Below are positions 38,982 through 51,774 of a stretch of 64,000 bases of DNA, piece after piece. How positions within the stretch are numbered: position 1 is the first letter of the stretch; every line of letters starts with the position of its first letter. A program made the translations under genes and the position numbers. The stretch comes from Octopus vulgaris (Eukaryota): NCBI GenBank assembly GCA_951406725.2, contig OX597814.1:161510001-161574000 (forward strand), given 5' to 3'. The notes under the pieces were generated by a model. That model saw only the letters and a program-made list of their open reading frames with translations, did no database searches and had not been told where the DNA came from.

Positions 38982-39165
38982 TAATCCAAACAAGAAAACA
39001 CAAAAGCAAAAAAACACAACAACGCGAGGACGTGGAACAAATAAAGTATTATTGGACGCTCAGGAAAGAAGGGAAGAAGGAGGGTTTAACGTTTCGAGCA
39101 GACCTCTTCATCGGAAACATAGGAGAAGGGAAGACAGAGGAAAAAAAATTGCCAGTGGTACTCAC
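38980..39165 (-). mobile_element. Penelope-type terminal repeat with a minimal hammerhead-like motif (39084-39118)
   Basis: Minus strand reads GUUU-CCGAUGA-A-GAG(gucug)CUC-GAAA-CG-UU-AAAC, followed by cctgagcgtccaataatact, as in the other terminal-repeat copies; ends in (TA)n. Confidence 0.6.
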
Positions 39166-39275
39166 AAGGTCATATATATATATGGTGACATGAGAGTTTT
39201 AAAACTCTGCTACAGCATAGCAGCCACTTGAAAATACACATAGCATATACATTAGTATATGTATTTAATAATATA

Positions 39276-39572
39276 CTAGCAGTATCGCCCGGCGTTGCTT
39301 GGGTTTGTAAGGGAAATAACTATATAAGCATTTTTAGAGAGTTACTTCCCTTATATAATAGCAAAAAAATGCATTAAAAATGGGAAAAAATGATGGTAAA
39401 TTTTTTTTTTTAATCGTAGACTCATCGTAGACGCGTGCTAATACCCAGAAGGGCTCGATATGAATCACGACTATAAGATACCCGCTTTTGGTTAAACTGC
39501 ACTGCAAAATGTGGGAGTAGTTAGGAATCGAAATCGTAGGAGACAGACACACAACTTCACTTTTATATATAA

Positions 39573-39575
<3 letters not shown>
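39276..39575 (-). mobile_element. Non-autonomous Helitron
   Basis: Minus strand reads A|TCTTTATATATAAAAGTGAAGTTGT...CCCAAGCAACGCCGGGCGATACTGCTAG|T: 5'-TC, subterminal hairpin, CTAG-3', A|T target and no TSD. Confidence 0.85.
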
Positions 39576-39616
<41 letters not shown>

Positions 39617-40044
39617 TTTATTTGGGTTTTAACATAAGAGTTTGCTTTATTAAGCTCGTCTATGGCTACAGGCTATCAGATACAGCTATAAAATGGAAAT
39701 GGATAGTTTTCCCGATAATATATCCAAAAATCCATAAATATTTCTAGAGTTTATATAATTATTAACAAGGAGAATGGTGCAAGCAATTCATTTTATTACA
39801 CAATTTTACAGCGGTTTCATTGATATTTTATCACAAGAGAATTGGATGTTATACATAAACCTGAGGAGTTGACATTTTTGCAGCACCAGTGTAATAATAT
39901 CAATGCGATGTATTGTTGCGCATAAATAAAAATATTGCAATACACTTCTGATAAAAGATCAATAAAACAATTGTAGGATTACATAACGAAATGAATTGCT
40001 TACTCCATACTCCATTCTCCTTGGTAATAATTAAATATATGCGT

Positions 40045-40235
40045 AAGTCAGCAGGCTTACAAAATCGTTAGCAAGCCAGGCAAAATACTAAGCTAAATAA
40101 CATCTGTTTCTATGTTCTGAGTTCAAATTCTGTCTAAGGTTGACTTTGCCTTTCAACCTTTCAGGGTCAACAAACAGAGCACCAGTTGAGCATGGAGTCA
40201 AAGTAATTGGCTTATTGCACACCCAAAAATTACTG
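40045..40235 (+). mobile_element. tRNA-derived SINE, family A (diverged)
   Basis: gttctgagttcaaattc...ggttgactttgcctttcaacctttcagggtc. Confidence 0.7.
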
Positions 40236-41164
40236 ACGATGTACTGGATAACCAACTTTGGTCATCAGTGACCAAAAGCATTGGCAGCATGTTGTTTTCT
40301 AGAGCCAATACATTTAATTACCTCATATAACTGTAAATAACAATCATAATCCAGGAACAACTTACAATGGTTTGCAGTGACAATATTGCGAAATGAAACA
40401 ATTTTATTTGTTTGCAGTACTGTTCTTCAGCCTGTGGATTGAATAAAATGTTTGCCTCCACAAGTCAGATCTACCTAAAATATACACCTTGAAGGTAAAA
40501 ACTTAATTGGTGCATTGTTGAAATTACCATCATCGTTACTACAAATCTATGACAATATATCAATATGAAAACAAATGAGGATTAGGATGATAATAAGATG
40601 ATTTCATTGTTTTCTTCTTGATTAAATTTTATATAGAAATAGTTCTATTTTCATTGAGTACATTAGTGACAAATATGCTGCCCATCGATAAAATGTAGGC
40701 TGACACTAATGTTTTTTGTATTTTAATCTTCTCGCATTGATTTGTCTCACAGGAAAATCACAACAGTTCTTGTTTCATGACATAAAGTAAACCATCCCTT
40801 AAAATGCAGCCCAAACAATTCATTCAAATGTCTAAAATTTAGGAAACATTTAAATAAGTATGATAATAAAAGCACGGCAACATTGTGCTTGTGCAATGAC
40901 AGTTAGTTGAGAATTTTATATAGCAGATACCAGTAGGATTTACAGGTCAAGAAAAAATCCACCTGATTTCAGGGCCTTCCTTTTGATGGATTTACAGTAC
41001 ACTGGCACCCCACTCAATGATGTGAGATCCCACCTATTGAATTGACTGACTAGTATTCAATCTTAAGTTCATTTGGGGATCATCACCACCATTAAAATGT
41101 ATATAAAAATTTTAGAATAATATAAACAAAAAAATTTAAAATGGAAAAAAATTTTAAATGATAC

Positions 41165-41372
41165 CAGTGTAATGGAGAATGGCCATCCTGGTCAAACATA
41201 TCCACCCTAGCATCCCATTCTATCAAACATTGAACGACATCTGTATGACCCATCTCACAGGCACGCAGTAATGGTGTATGTTTCATCAAATTCGTTCCAT
41301 TGATGTGAGCCCCATTTTCCAAAAGAAGCTGAACTGTAGAAGAGTGACCTGAGAGTGCTGCTGCATGAAGAG
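41165..41372 (-). CDS. INVS: Inversin-like ankyrin-repeat protein, internal exon (208 nt, phase 1/2)
   Basis: ttttcttccag|CT CTT CAT...CAC TG|gtat. Encodes (A)LHAAALSGHSSTVQLLLENGAHINGTNLMKHTPLLRACEMGHTDVVQCLIEWDARVDMFDQDGHSPLH(W), which closely matches inversin. Confidence 0.93.
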
Positions 41373-41441
41373 CTGGAAGAAAAGATGGTAAAGTTTTGTA
41401 CATTTTGGTAAGGACAAGAAAAAAGTATAAAAATATTTCTA

Positions 41442-41668
41442 TTGACTCTTTAGCATTTAAACAGGCCATATCTGGCACAAATATTCCACCAGTTTTATGT
41501 TCAAACTGACCAAATTGAGCCTCTCACACCTACCATACAAAGTCATTCTAAAAATAAACAATCACATCATCAAAATCTCAAAGGTGTGAGATAAGGCATG
41601 ATAAATTCAAAACAATATGAATACATAAGCATACCATTTGACAGAGTAATCAAATGCTAAATAGTTAA
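41442..41668. mobile_element. MITE with TTAA-type (piggyBac-like) ends
   Basis: Left end ttgactctttagcattt; right end aaatgctaaatagttaa (imperfect inverted termini). Confidence 0.55.
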
Positions 41669-42139
41669 AGGACAAAACAAAACAGAGTTGTAGATGATTA
41701 GCCTAAGGTCATCCCTAATTGAGCAAATCTATAATCAGAGATATTTCTAAATCTATCATCATAGATGCTCCAGCTACCCATATCTTTTTGCCGTCTTTGA
41801 TCCCAGACAACATTTTAAAGACTACATTATCCAATGTATTGTTAACCTTTTTTTAAAAAAATGGTAGGGTATGCTGTGAGGAAAATTTGGTTGCTGTTTC
41901 AAGTAAGCTGAACAGTCATATTGATGCCTTCCTTGGTCAACACTTGTCTCATACAATACCATTTCCACTGTCCACAAATTGCAAAAAGTATTGACTTAAA
42001 CCCTTCAAAGCCCATATTCAGTTAAAGGAAGGCCTATCTGGAAATTGTTATCACCATTGATATGACATAAGTCAATTCAAAGATGCAGTCTCTGAGTCAC
42101 CACCACCCTATCATCACTGTCACCACTACTATGAATAAT

Positions 42140-42510
42140 AATTGTTTCTAATATAGGCACAAGGCCTGGAATTTGGCTGAGCCAGTGATGGTGGTGATGT
42201 AGTTGATTACATTGAGCTCAGAAAGGCAAAGTTGACCATCATAAGATTTGAGTTCAGAATGTAGAAAGCTGGAAGAAATGCTGCAAAGCATTTAGACTGA
42301 CATGTTAATCAGTCTACCAGCTTGCTACCGTCAACCAATCAAAATAATTGTTTCTATGTTAGGCACAAGGCCAGCAATATTGAGCAAGGGGGTTAGTCAT
42401 TACCAGTAACTCTAGTACTTGACTGGTAATTTGTTTTATTGAGCCAGAAAGGATGAAAAGCAAAGCTGACCTTGATGGGATTTGAACACAGAATGTAGGT
42501 AACTAAAAAT
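42140..42510 (-). mobile_element. Two adjacent SINE copies, family A
   Basis: Each has ttgtttcta...aggcacaaggcc (reverse of the SINE 3' end) and aaag(g)caaag(t/c)tgacc. Confidence 0.7.
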
Positions 42511-42739
42511 AATACAAGAATTTTATCTAACACTCCAACAATTGTCAACACAGCACCACCACTATCAGCACCACCACTATCAACAGCACCACCAAAATAA
42601 CAACAACAATAAATGATTAAAGATAAAGAAAAGTGAAGTTGCTTCCTAATTGACCCATCATGTCCATTTGATTCCAAGATCATAAAGAAAGAAGAAGAAA
42701 AACAAAAAAAAAATACAATCCCTTAAAGTTTGAAATAGG

Positions 42740-42860
42740 AAGAATTTGGAGCATGCGAACAGTAAATGATGTGCCTATAATAATTGGTACATTCCTACAG
42801 TAAGTTTGTCTCTTATGGACAGCAAGGATTATCCGGAGGGTTCTAAGCACTTGAAAGACT
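42740..42860 (+). mobile_element. R4/Dong-like RLE non-LTR element, C-terminal fragment
   Basis: IWSMRTVNDVPIIIG...VCLLWTARIIRRVL* resembles the R4/Dong C-terminus. Confidence 0.55.
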
Positions 42861-42885
42861 GTTGAAAACTTGTGAATACCTAAGG

Positions 42886-43086
42886 CAGTGGTTTTCAACC
42901 AGGGTTCCGCCAGTACAGTCCAGGGATTCCGCAAGAAGTTACAAAACTGCTAAAATCGGCAGTAATTTTAAATTTTCCTGTGCAGATATGTGTGCATAAG
43001 ACTATTAAATTATTGCACAGGGGTTCCCCGAGCCAGTGGAATGTTTCCTTGGGGTTCCGCTCCAGCAAAAAGTTTGAAAAGCACTG
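42886..43086. mobile_element. hAT-superfamily MITE (201 bp) with an 8-bp TSD
   Basis: TIRs CAGTGGTTTTCAA and TTGAAAAGCACTG; TSD acctaagg at 42878-42885 and 43087-43094. Confidence 0.9.
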
Positions 43087-43444
43087 ACCTAAGGTTAGAG
43101 GTAGTAACCTGCTATCCACATAATTCCTACCAGTAATAAGACCGAACCTGAGCCAAACCAAAATAATAAGAGACTAGACATGATTATAGGGGACAAAATA
43201 AACAAACAGTGCAAGATCACAGATTTTGCAATTCCCTAATAGTAATGTCAATACAAAGAAAAAAAAATGTGCTGTTAATCTTGATATGAGATCACCATGT
43301 CACGCATATATTGTCATGATGCATGTGCCTGGTGTACCCTTATCAGACGGGTAGTCATGAGAGGTATACTGGGCTTCGTATAGTTTACCCCAGTGTCACT
43401 TTCATGGCATGGACTGCTCTCTCACTCAATAATGATAATAATAA

Positions 43445-43760
43445 TAGTCATTTCAGTAGTTGTAGGGGCACTCAGAGCACTAACAACCAAGTTCGAGAAA
43501 CATGTCAGAGAAACTGGAATTGAAATGAAGGTAGAGAATGCTAAAGAAAAAAACCTGCTCTATTGAGATTTTGAGATTAGTACTTGGGTGTTGAGAATCT
43601 TCCATGATACTTAACACCTAAATACCAAGTCTTATAATTTGTGGAAAGATACCCTGTCAGACCTTTGACAACAGAATGTTGTCCACTTTCACAAAATTAG
43701 CCGGAACAAAGTAAGATTAAGAGCTCTGAGAAGTAAAATATAATAATGATAATAATAAAA
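43445..43760 (+). mobile_element. R4/Dong-like 3' fragment between (TAA)n runs
   Basis: VVVGALRALTTKFEKHVRETGIEMKVENAK...ILRLVLGC*; taa repeats on both sides, consistent with Dong targeting (TAA)n. Confidence 0.6.
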
Positions 43761-45534
43761 TGAAAGCTGATTAATATAGAGGTGTTATTCACCAGATCCA
43801 GAAAATATAAATCAGCATGAGAAGATATTAAACCAGCAACAATAATATTGTTGGTTCATAGGAAAAGATCAATCTTATATAAGTTGACACAAATATGTGA
43901 CTGAGTCATTAATTCAATGAGAAATATCTCAACAATAGCTGTTTATTGCTACCTTGGAATGGTACTGAAATAAAAACTAAATCAATGATATACCATTTTT
44001 TATATTTCTTTACAAACAGTAATTTGTTTTTTAATAACAAACCAACAATAGAACACATTAGCAAGATTCAATTTTTTATGTACAATGATAAAATTCATGA
44101 TAAATGTGTCGATACTAATATGTGAACTGAGAGTTTTATTAACAAAAAGGAAGAAAAAAGCAACATGAATATTTAAAAGATAAATAGAAATTTAATTTTA
44201 TGTAGACGGTACTACCATTGAGTAGACAAATGATGCAACTGTATTGTTGAAATAAAAAAAATGTCAGTAACAAAACTAGAGATATGAAGAAGCAGTTAAA
44301 CAAATCTAACTAGCTGTGCCAATAAAGACGATGGTTTAAGGATATTGAATAAATAAACAATGTCCTCCATTGAACTTGCTTGTGTATGTGGACACAAATA
44401 TGTCTTTCTATCTGTCTCTTTATAAACAGATTACACACACACACATTTACATATATATGTACACATGCATACAGATATAGAAATGGGGGTGATAAATATG
44501 TGGACATTAGTGGTATTAGTTTTAAACATTACCCTCCAGACAAGAAATGCTATTTAAGAAGTTCTTGTAGTTTAGAAGAAAATCCACCTGAATGATTTTA
44601 TTCTGTATTTTTTGAGATTGAGTTCAAGTCACCCAGCTTAACATCACCAGCTGGTCCTTTAGGACTTTTAATGCATTTCATTTGTTGCAAGTTTTCATGT
44701 CAAGTCTTCAGTCTGAAGATAACACATATTTTTCTCTATTGGTTTGTTCTGGAGAAAGAGTTTGTACTTGTTGCCTTTGCAAGTCTCCAAGACCATCAAG
44801 ATAGATGCAGCTACTGGGAAAACCTGGACAGGAAAATAATTCCAGTGCTGAAGTTTTGGAGATGGAGGACTAAACATATTGGTTCAAGGGGAGCCTGGAC
44901 GAGTAGACATGATATAAGTGATAAGAAGAGGAGAGCAATCAGGAGTACCCAAATGTAGGAGTCACAAGATCAGCCAGCCATGAGAAGTAAAGATCATTGC
45001 AGTCATTGTAAATAAAAGCAGAAAGAGGTGACAGAACAATGGATCATTAAGCCAATGAAAGAGTCTATAAGTGATAACTCAACCTGCTAGTATTAGCAAC
45101 CAAACCTCCTTAAATGCTTACCATATCATCATGAAGATGCAGGAAAGTACTGAATAAAGTATTTCTAAATATAATAGGTCAGAAAAGAAGTGGTAATGGT
45201 CTTTGGCTTGAATGCCAATGAAATGATGTCAGCTCAGCACATTGAAAGACATGTTCTGTATCTGGACAAAATCCAAAAGAATAGTGTAACCTCTGGAGAT
45301 GTGTTTTCCAAAAAATTACTCATAAATCTAATGCAACAATACTATCAAAAGAGAAGAATGGCCTCTTGAACCAATCCCAGTTGATGCATAGTACATATTT
45401 AATAAAACCTACAGGAAGTCAAAACCAACAAACCCAGTTCAATTCTCAATCAGATTTGAACGCAGAACATAAAAGGATGAAGCTAAATATTTAAATGCAT
45501 ATTTTATACAAAGAAGTATATAATATTTTTTAAT

Positions 45535-45735
45535 TCAGGCACAAGGCCAGCAATTTTGAGGGGAGGGGCTTAGTTGATCAGTTTGATCCAGTACTTGACT
45601 GGTATTATATTTTATCAACCTTGGCAACATGAAAGGCCAAACTGGCAGGATAGGAACACAGGACATAAAGAGCTTGAACAAATACTACAAGGCATTTTTC
45701 TTGAAGCTTTAACGATTTTGCCAGTCTACATCCTT
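45535..45735 (-). mobile_element. tRNA-derived SINE, family A (diverged)
   Basis: aggcacaaggccagcaattttg...ctggtattatattttatcaacc...aacgattttgccagtc. Confidence 0.7.
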
Positions 45736-46749
45736 TAAGAATTATATAATATTGTACAATATATAATAACATGCCAGATGTCAGAATTTCTGAAGATTTT
45801 TCAGTTCTAATATAAGCTGTCAATTGATATTTGATATGGGGCAATTACTAGATGACTTTAGATAATACATTTTCAAACATAACTCAATTTATTCCTGAAA
45901 TTCTTTTGGTGTTCTCCACATTTAACTGACTACATTTGTTGATACTAAGAGGAAAGACCACTTTTATCATCAAAAGTAGATTGCAGTAGCATATTTTATT
46001 CACACTCTTTTCTTTAAATATTGATATAAAATAATAGAAATGAGTATTTGATATGCCACTATTGATACAAACATATGCCTAATGTGGTGGTATTAAAGCA
46101 AGTGTCTCATGTGACAAGATACAAATGCTTGACTGAACGACATGTTCAATGAAATAAGGCAAGTCTTCAATCAACTATTTACAATCAGTGGTCAGGCCAT
46201 TCAGCTCCATTCTCTCTCTCTAACTCTGCTGCGGTTACTATAATGGTGATTATTCTTCCTTCTGATGATACACTGCTTCTACTTGAAACAATTCAATGTC
46301 ACTTGTCTTACTCACTTTCTCCTGTCTTGTTCACTGTGTTTTACCTTTAAATCCTTATACTAAACAATTCACACAGCCTCACTTGATCTTACATACGAGT
46401 TGTTGCTCTGACTTAGGCTCAATGAAAAAACTATGGTCAAAGGTATTCAAGCCATGATCACTTAATCTTTTGTATATCTAGGGACTACATTGTTCACTGT
46501 ATCCTTCTACTTTTAAGACAGTAGAATGTTATTTGAAGGAAATTTAGTCGTTATTTCTAGCAGGTTGGGCAACTGCTGCCTTGTTGACACTAAAGAAGAA
46601 TATATTGATGTAATTGTGAGAAGCAACCAAAACATACCCCCTTTTATTCATACCAACACAGACTAACAGTGGCCTATCTAGTCAAGTTACTAACCCATCC
46701 TCAGAACTTCCACTTTATCTTTCATCCAAACTAACTTCACACAGTTATC

Positions 46750-47085
46750 TATGGCTCAGTGGTTAGAGTGTCGGGCTCACAAACATGAGGTAGTGAGTTT
46801 GATTCCTGGAACAGGCTGTGTGTTGCATTCTTGAGCAAGACACTTTATTTCACATTGCTCCAGTTCACTCAGCTGTAGAAATGAGTTGTGACATCACTGG
46901 TGCTATGACATATTGGCCTTTGCCTTTCCCTTAGATAACATTTGGTGTGTGGAGAGGGGAAGCTGGTATGCATGGGCGATTGCTGGTCTTTCACAAACAA
47001 CCTTCCCTGGACTTGTGCCTAGGAGGGTAACTTTCTAGGTGCAATCCCATGGTCATTCATGACTGAAGGGGGTCCTTTATGCCCC
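46750..47085 (+). mobile_element. tRNA-derived SINE, family C
   Basis: A-box TGGCTCAGTGG, B-box GAGTTTGATTCC, then TTCTTGAGCAAGACACTTTATTTCACATTGCTCCAG. Confidence 0.8.
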
Positions 47086-47213
47086 AGATGAGGAGAGCAT
47101 TAAGGCAAATTAACTTTGAGCTTCTACCTCTCCTCTTTAGGCTAACTAATTAAAGAAATTTGATGAAAATTAATTCTGATCATACTAGGAATGTTGAGAA
47201 AAATTAGACCTAC

Positions 47214-47379
47214 CTGTTTCGTTATTCTTATCAACTTGCTGGATATCTACATTATACTTAATAAAGGTTTTTATTACTTCATCAGCTCCTTTTCCAGCAG
47301 CCCACATGAATGCTGTGTGACCTTCAACATCTGGTTCATCAGTGACATTCTTCCGAGAAAGGAAAACCTCAACTGTTTG
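47214..47379 (-). CDS. INVS: Inversin-like ankyrin-repeat protein, internal exon (166 nt, phase 0/1)
   Basis: aaaccag|CAA ACA...GAA ACA G|gtagg. Encodes QTVEVFLSRKNVTDEPDVEGHTAFMWAAGKGADEVIKTFIKYNVDIQQVDKNNET; FMWAAGKG is characteristic of inversin. Confidence 0.93.
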
Positions 47380-47631
47380 CTGGTTTAAGATAAATGAAGA
47401 GAAAGCCAAGTAGCTTATGGGGAAAACGATATAATTTTACAAAATTATGTTAACAGTAACAGGAAGAATAAAGTGTGAGAAATGCTGCAGATCAGTGGTA
47501 GGTGTTAGTCATGGAATAGTTTTGTTTCAATTGAATTTTTAAAAAAAAGTTGGGGGAAGAAAGGATGCGAACCAACAACAGTGATTTGAACATCCATTGA
47601 ACTTTTAGCAGAGTCAGTTATTATGTTTTAC

Positions 47632-47813
47632 TTAAGAAGCTTGCTCACTTTGCAACCATGTAGTTTTGGGTTCAGTTCCACTGTGTGGTACCTTGGGCAA
47701 CAGCCTTCTACTATAGCTCTGGGCTGACCAACGCATTGTGAGTGAATTTTGTAAACAGAAACTGTGTGGAGACCTTGTTATCATATGCATATACATACAT
47801 ACATATTTATATA

Positions 47814-47846
<33 letters not shown>

Positions 47847-48295
47847 ATGAAGATGAAGAAAGGGTAGTGGGCATATGTGCCATATTTCGGGAGTATTATT
47901 AGAAATGAATATATGTCAGGTCACTCTCAAACAACTGGTAACATGTGACACAGTACAACTTGTTGCATGGTCGGGTTGTTGGCGACTAAATTGGCAACCC
48001 TACCAAGCTTGCTTGGTGAGGTGGGTGATTGCATGTATGTATGTGTGTATGTATGTATGTGTGTGTATGTCTGTATGAATGTGAGTGTGTCTTTGTGTGT
48101 GTGCTTGTCCTCTAACACAGGCCAACAACCAGTGTTGATTTGTTTGAGTCCCTGTAACTTACCAGTTCAACAAGGGACTGGCAGAATAAGGGCCAGACTT
48201 AAAAATATAAGTACCTGTGTTGATTTGTGTGACTAAACATTTCAAGGTGGTGCCCCAGCGTGGCTGTACTCCAGTGACTGAGTCAAGTAAAATAT
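47632..48295 (+). mobile_element. SINE family B, interrupted at its internal microsatellite by an unclassified ~180-bp insert
   Basis: Head gggttcagttccactgtgtggtaccttgggc; tail ccccagcgtggctg...tgactgagtcaagtaaa. Confidence 0.65.
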
Positions 48296-48659
48296 AAAAC
48301 ATGACCACCATCAACACAATTTCCACTGCTACCACCACATTGATAATAATGATGATGGTTATGATGATGATGCTGTGACTGTGATCACAGAACAGAGAAG
48401 AAGAAAAATTGCTCATGGAAAGGAAAGAAAAAAGAAGGAAAACACAATTACACATATGTGTGTAAAGTATTACAACACTCTCTCTCCTGTTGCATTATTT
48501 TAAAACACAACAGCCTATTCTTATTGGAGAAGCTTTTGTGTTCTAAAACACTGCAATAAAGTATCTACAGATTTATAGCTACTGCAGTTTTGTGTTTGGC
48601 AAATTTACAGAAATTATATATTAGCAAAGTTTGAAACAAATATACATATATAAACACTC

Positions 48660-49245
48660 ACTCACACACACATGTATACACATATCTATACACACACATA
48701 TATACATATACACAAACACATGCACACATATATATATGCATACATATTCAAACATAAAACATGTGTGTGCGCACGTGCACACACACACACACACACATGT
48801 ATACACATATCTATACACACATACATATATACATGTACACAAACACATACATATATGCATACATATTCAAACACAAACATGTGTGAGCGCGCGTGCACAC
48901 ACACACACACATGTATACACATATCTATACACACACACATATATACATATACACAAACACATACATACACATATATGCATATATATTCAAACACAAACAT
49001 GTGTGTGTGCATGTGTGCGCACACACACACACATGTATACACATATCTATACACACATATATACATATACACAAACACATACACACACATATATGCATAT
49101 ATATTCAAACACAAACATGTGTGTGTGCACGTGCACACACACACATGTATACACATATCTATACACACACACATATATACATATACACAAACACATACAC
49201 ACACATATATATGCATATATATTCAAACACACACACACATATGTA
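48660..49245. repeat. CA-rich minisatellite, about 5 units of 112-125 bp
   Basis: The anchor catgtatacacatatctatacac recurs near 48671, 48796, 48910, 49032 and 49144. Confidence 0.85.
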
Positions 49246-50566
49246 AATTATTGGCTGACTTGAACCTCAATTCAATTCATATCATTTATTATTCCATAAA
49301 TCTAAAACAGGCACCTTATAATAAGTTTAACATCAGCTGAGTAGTTACATGTTTAATATTAATCTAACGTCAACTGTCTAAGTATACTGTCAGGTAACTT
49401 AATTGGTTTTACTTTTAATAAATTCTATTTCTATGAGACAGAAATAACCCAGACCTGTTTTTCCAAATATTTTTTTCGTTTTTCTTGTCAATTTGACAAC
49501 AGAATTGAAGTTATGTATATTGATACACAATATTTTCCCTACTCCTTTTTTTATCATTTATTTCTTTATTTTCCTGAACTCTAAACATATCACAGATAGT
49601 GAGATAATGTTCAATCTATAAGCAAATGGACAGAAATAATTAGACTTTTGAAAATAAAAATATGTATCAAGTAAATATAGAATTTTTAGAGAAATATAAA
49701 ACATTTGATAGAATGCTGAGCTTCAAACTAGTGGTTACTGAGATCAAATCCCAGTCCTTTGATATATGCTGTTAGTAAAACAACATGAAATTTACAGTAA
49801 CAGGCTGAACAGTGAAAAGGGTGCAGTATACTTAGACTGACACACTGTGTCCCAAATGATAAACCACTGAGGGTCAGCTTGGTACAGAATAGTCCTCAGG
49901 TGAAGGTACAGCACATATCTGGATCATTGCATTGCACCAAGTCATTTGACCAACATACATGACACAGGTCAGGAAAATAAAGGAAGCTTTTATGCTGGAG
50001 ATATTTCTTTCAATGAATAGCAAAAAAAGAATTTAAGAAACTGAACCTTCTTAAAGAGGCAGCTTATTGCTACTTTATGAACAAGTAAGTAGATTGCCCC
50101 AGTAGAAAGCCACTTTTGTTGTTTGTTTGTGTGTATGTGTGCGTGTATGTACATACACACATAAATTTACACATTTTAAATATACATATTACACACACAA
50201 ATGCACACGTGCATATGTGAGTGTGTAGGCCTGTATGTATAACTTTTCTTTAATCTAACAGGTGATTAAAAAAAAATAATAGCCAACAACATTTATTGAA
50301 ACTGCTTCCTCTGATTTCCAGGTATAACACTTATTCACATTAATTATACTGTTGCCTCTGTAAATGGTGAGAAGACACATCATGAAAGATCTCGGAATGA
50401 GAGGGTTGTATATATGACCCTAACAGCTGATGGAATCAATAATTGGCAACAGTTAAAAACAGCAAAAACAACAACAGCAAAAACAACAACAACAACAACA
50501 ACAACAACTCCTAGAATTGAGAAAGAATGAACTAATAATCATATGGCTTGTGAGTTATTTACTTAC

Positions 50567-50673
50567 AGCACAATTGTTTTTGGCAGCATAGTGAAGTGGA
50601 GTAGCACTGTTGGAGTCTGAACAAGCATAATCAGCACCATTGTCCAGTAAAATACTGATGATTTGTGAGTGAC
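50567..50673 (-). CDS. INVS: Inversin-like ankyrin-repeat protein, internal exon (107 nt, phase 1/0)
   Basis: tttcttaccag|GT CAC...TGT GCT|gtaagt. Encodes (G)HSQIISILLDNGADYACSDSNSATPLHYAAKNNCA, compared with human GHAQIVHLLL...SDSQGATPLHYAAQSNFA as I recall it. Not in the ORF track. Confidence 0.9.
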
Positions 50674-51532
50674 CTGGTAAGAAATAAATTCTCAACATTA
50701 CACTTTATTGATTTCTGAACTTTCTGATTCACATGTGCACAATAAAGAACAGGTATTTTCAATGTTTATAAAAACATTTCCTTATACCAATAGCATTTTA
50801 TTATATATATATATCATCTAGTTGTTAATTTCAGCAATCATACACATCCACATACCTAATAATATACTCTCACTTGATTACTGTTTTATTTTTAAATACA
50901 CAAATACACATATTAGTTAGTGATCGATAATTGTTCACACTCAGTGCAGTGTTTTCAGTAACTATATACACACTACTGACAATAGGTTATTTTCACTAAC
51001 CATACATACACTGTACTGAAAAGAGTTGCTTTCACTAGCCATACCCAGTCATCTAACTACTGTTATTGGTCTCCACATAAACTCAGCTCATTTCATGATC
51101 GTTTCCAATAATTATACATACACTTGTCAGAGACAAATAGACTTCATGAAAAAGCTTACCTGCTTAATAAAGCAAAGACTTACAGGTCAACAATTTTTAG
51201 CTTTTGACCTGTTATCTTTTCTATCTGCTTATTTTTCTAAAATGGCCTTTGTTCTTCTGAATATATAAATACCAATACACCAACACCATCTCCTCAACTC
51301 CCCATTTATTAATTTTTTTTTTTAGCAAGAGCTATTCAATCAACATGTTTTTTTTTCTACTTTTGTTATATCTGTCTCTTTCAATTTCACTCTAGGAATT
51401 ATCTACATTTACCAACTACTGACTAGTTGTCCTTTACCTTTTTTAAGCAAAGAACTACACCAACCTCTTTTATTCATCTTGTATTTGCTAAATAGGTTTT
51501 AGGTTTTGGGCTTCCTTTTCACAACATAAAAA

Positions 51533-51774
51533 TAGTGGTTCTCAATGACAGTCCATATAATGGGGGTCCATGCAACAAAATAAAAAACTGGGGATCCACA
51601 ATAGTATTTTAAGGGCCCTGAAAATATTTTGTGACTGTAAATTGCACATTGGTTGCTGTTTCCATAGTAACGAGTAGTGTGCTGTGTTTCCATTGTAACA
51701 ACAATGCTGTTTCTGTCCCACAGTGATACTTTCACCATTGCAACCACCACCTCAAGTTTTGATGAGAACCATTT
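51533..51774. mobile_element. Degenerate hAT-like MITE
   Basis: Termini tagtggttctcaa and tgagaaccatt; internal gggggtccat motif; no clear TSD. Confidence 0.4.

Noticed and set aside
40418-40494. Exon-like segment on the plus strand (tttgcag|...aag|gtaaaa)
   Set aside because: It has stop codons in all three frames and no recognisable homology.
46750-46815. tRNA-like A and B boxes (also 52838 and other SINE heads)
   Set aside because: There is no complete cloverleaf, and they continue into shared SINE bodies, so they are not tRNA genes.
51150-51260. Minus-strand AG|GTAAG site and nearby donor suggesting a recursive splice site or extra exon
   Set aside because: The polypyrimidine tract is weak, the phase does not fit the next exon, and the peptide is not ankyrin-like.
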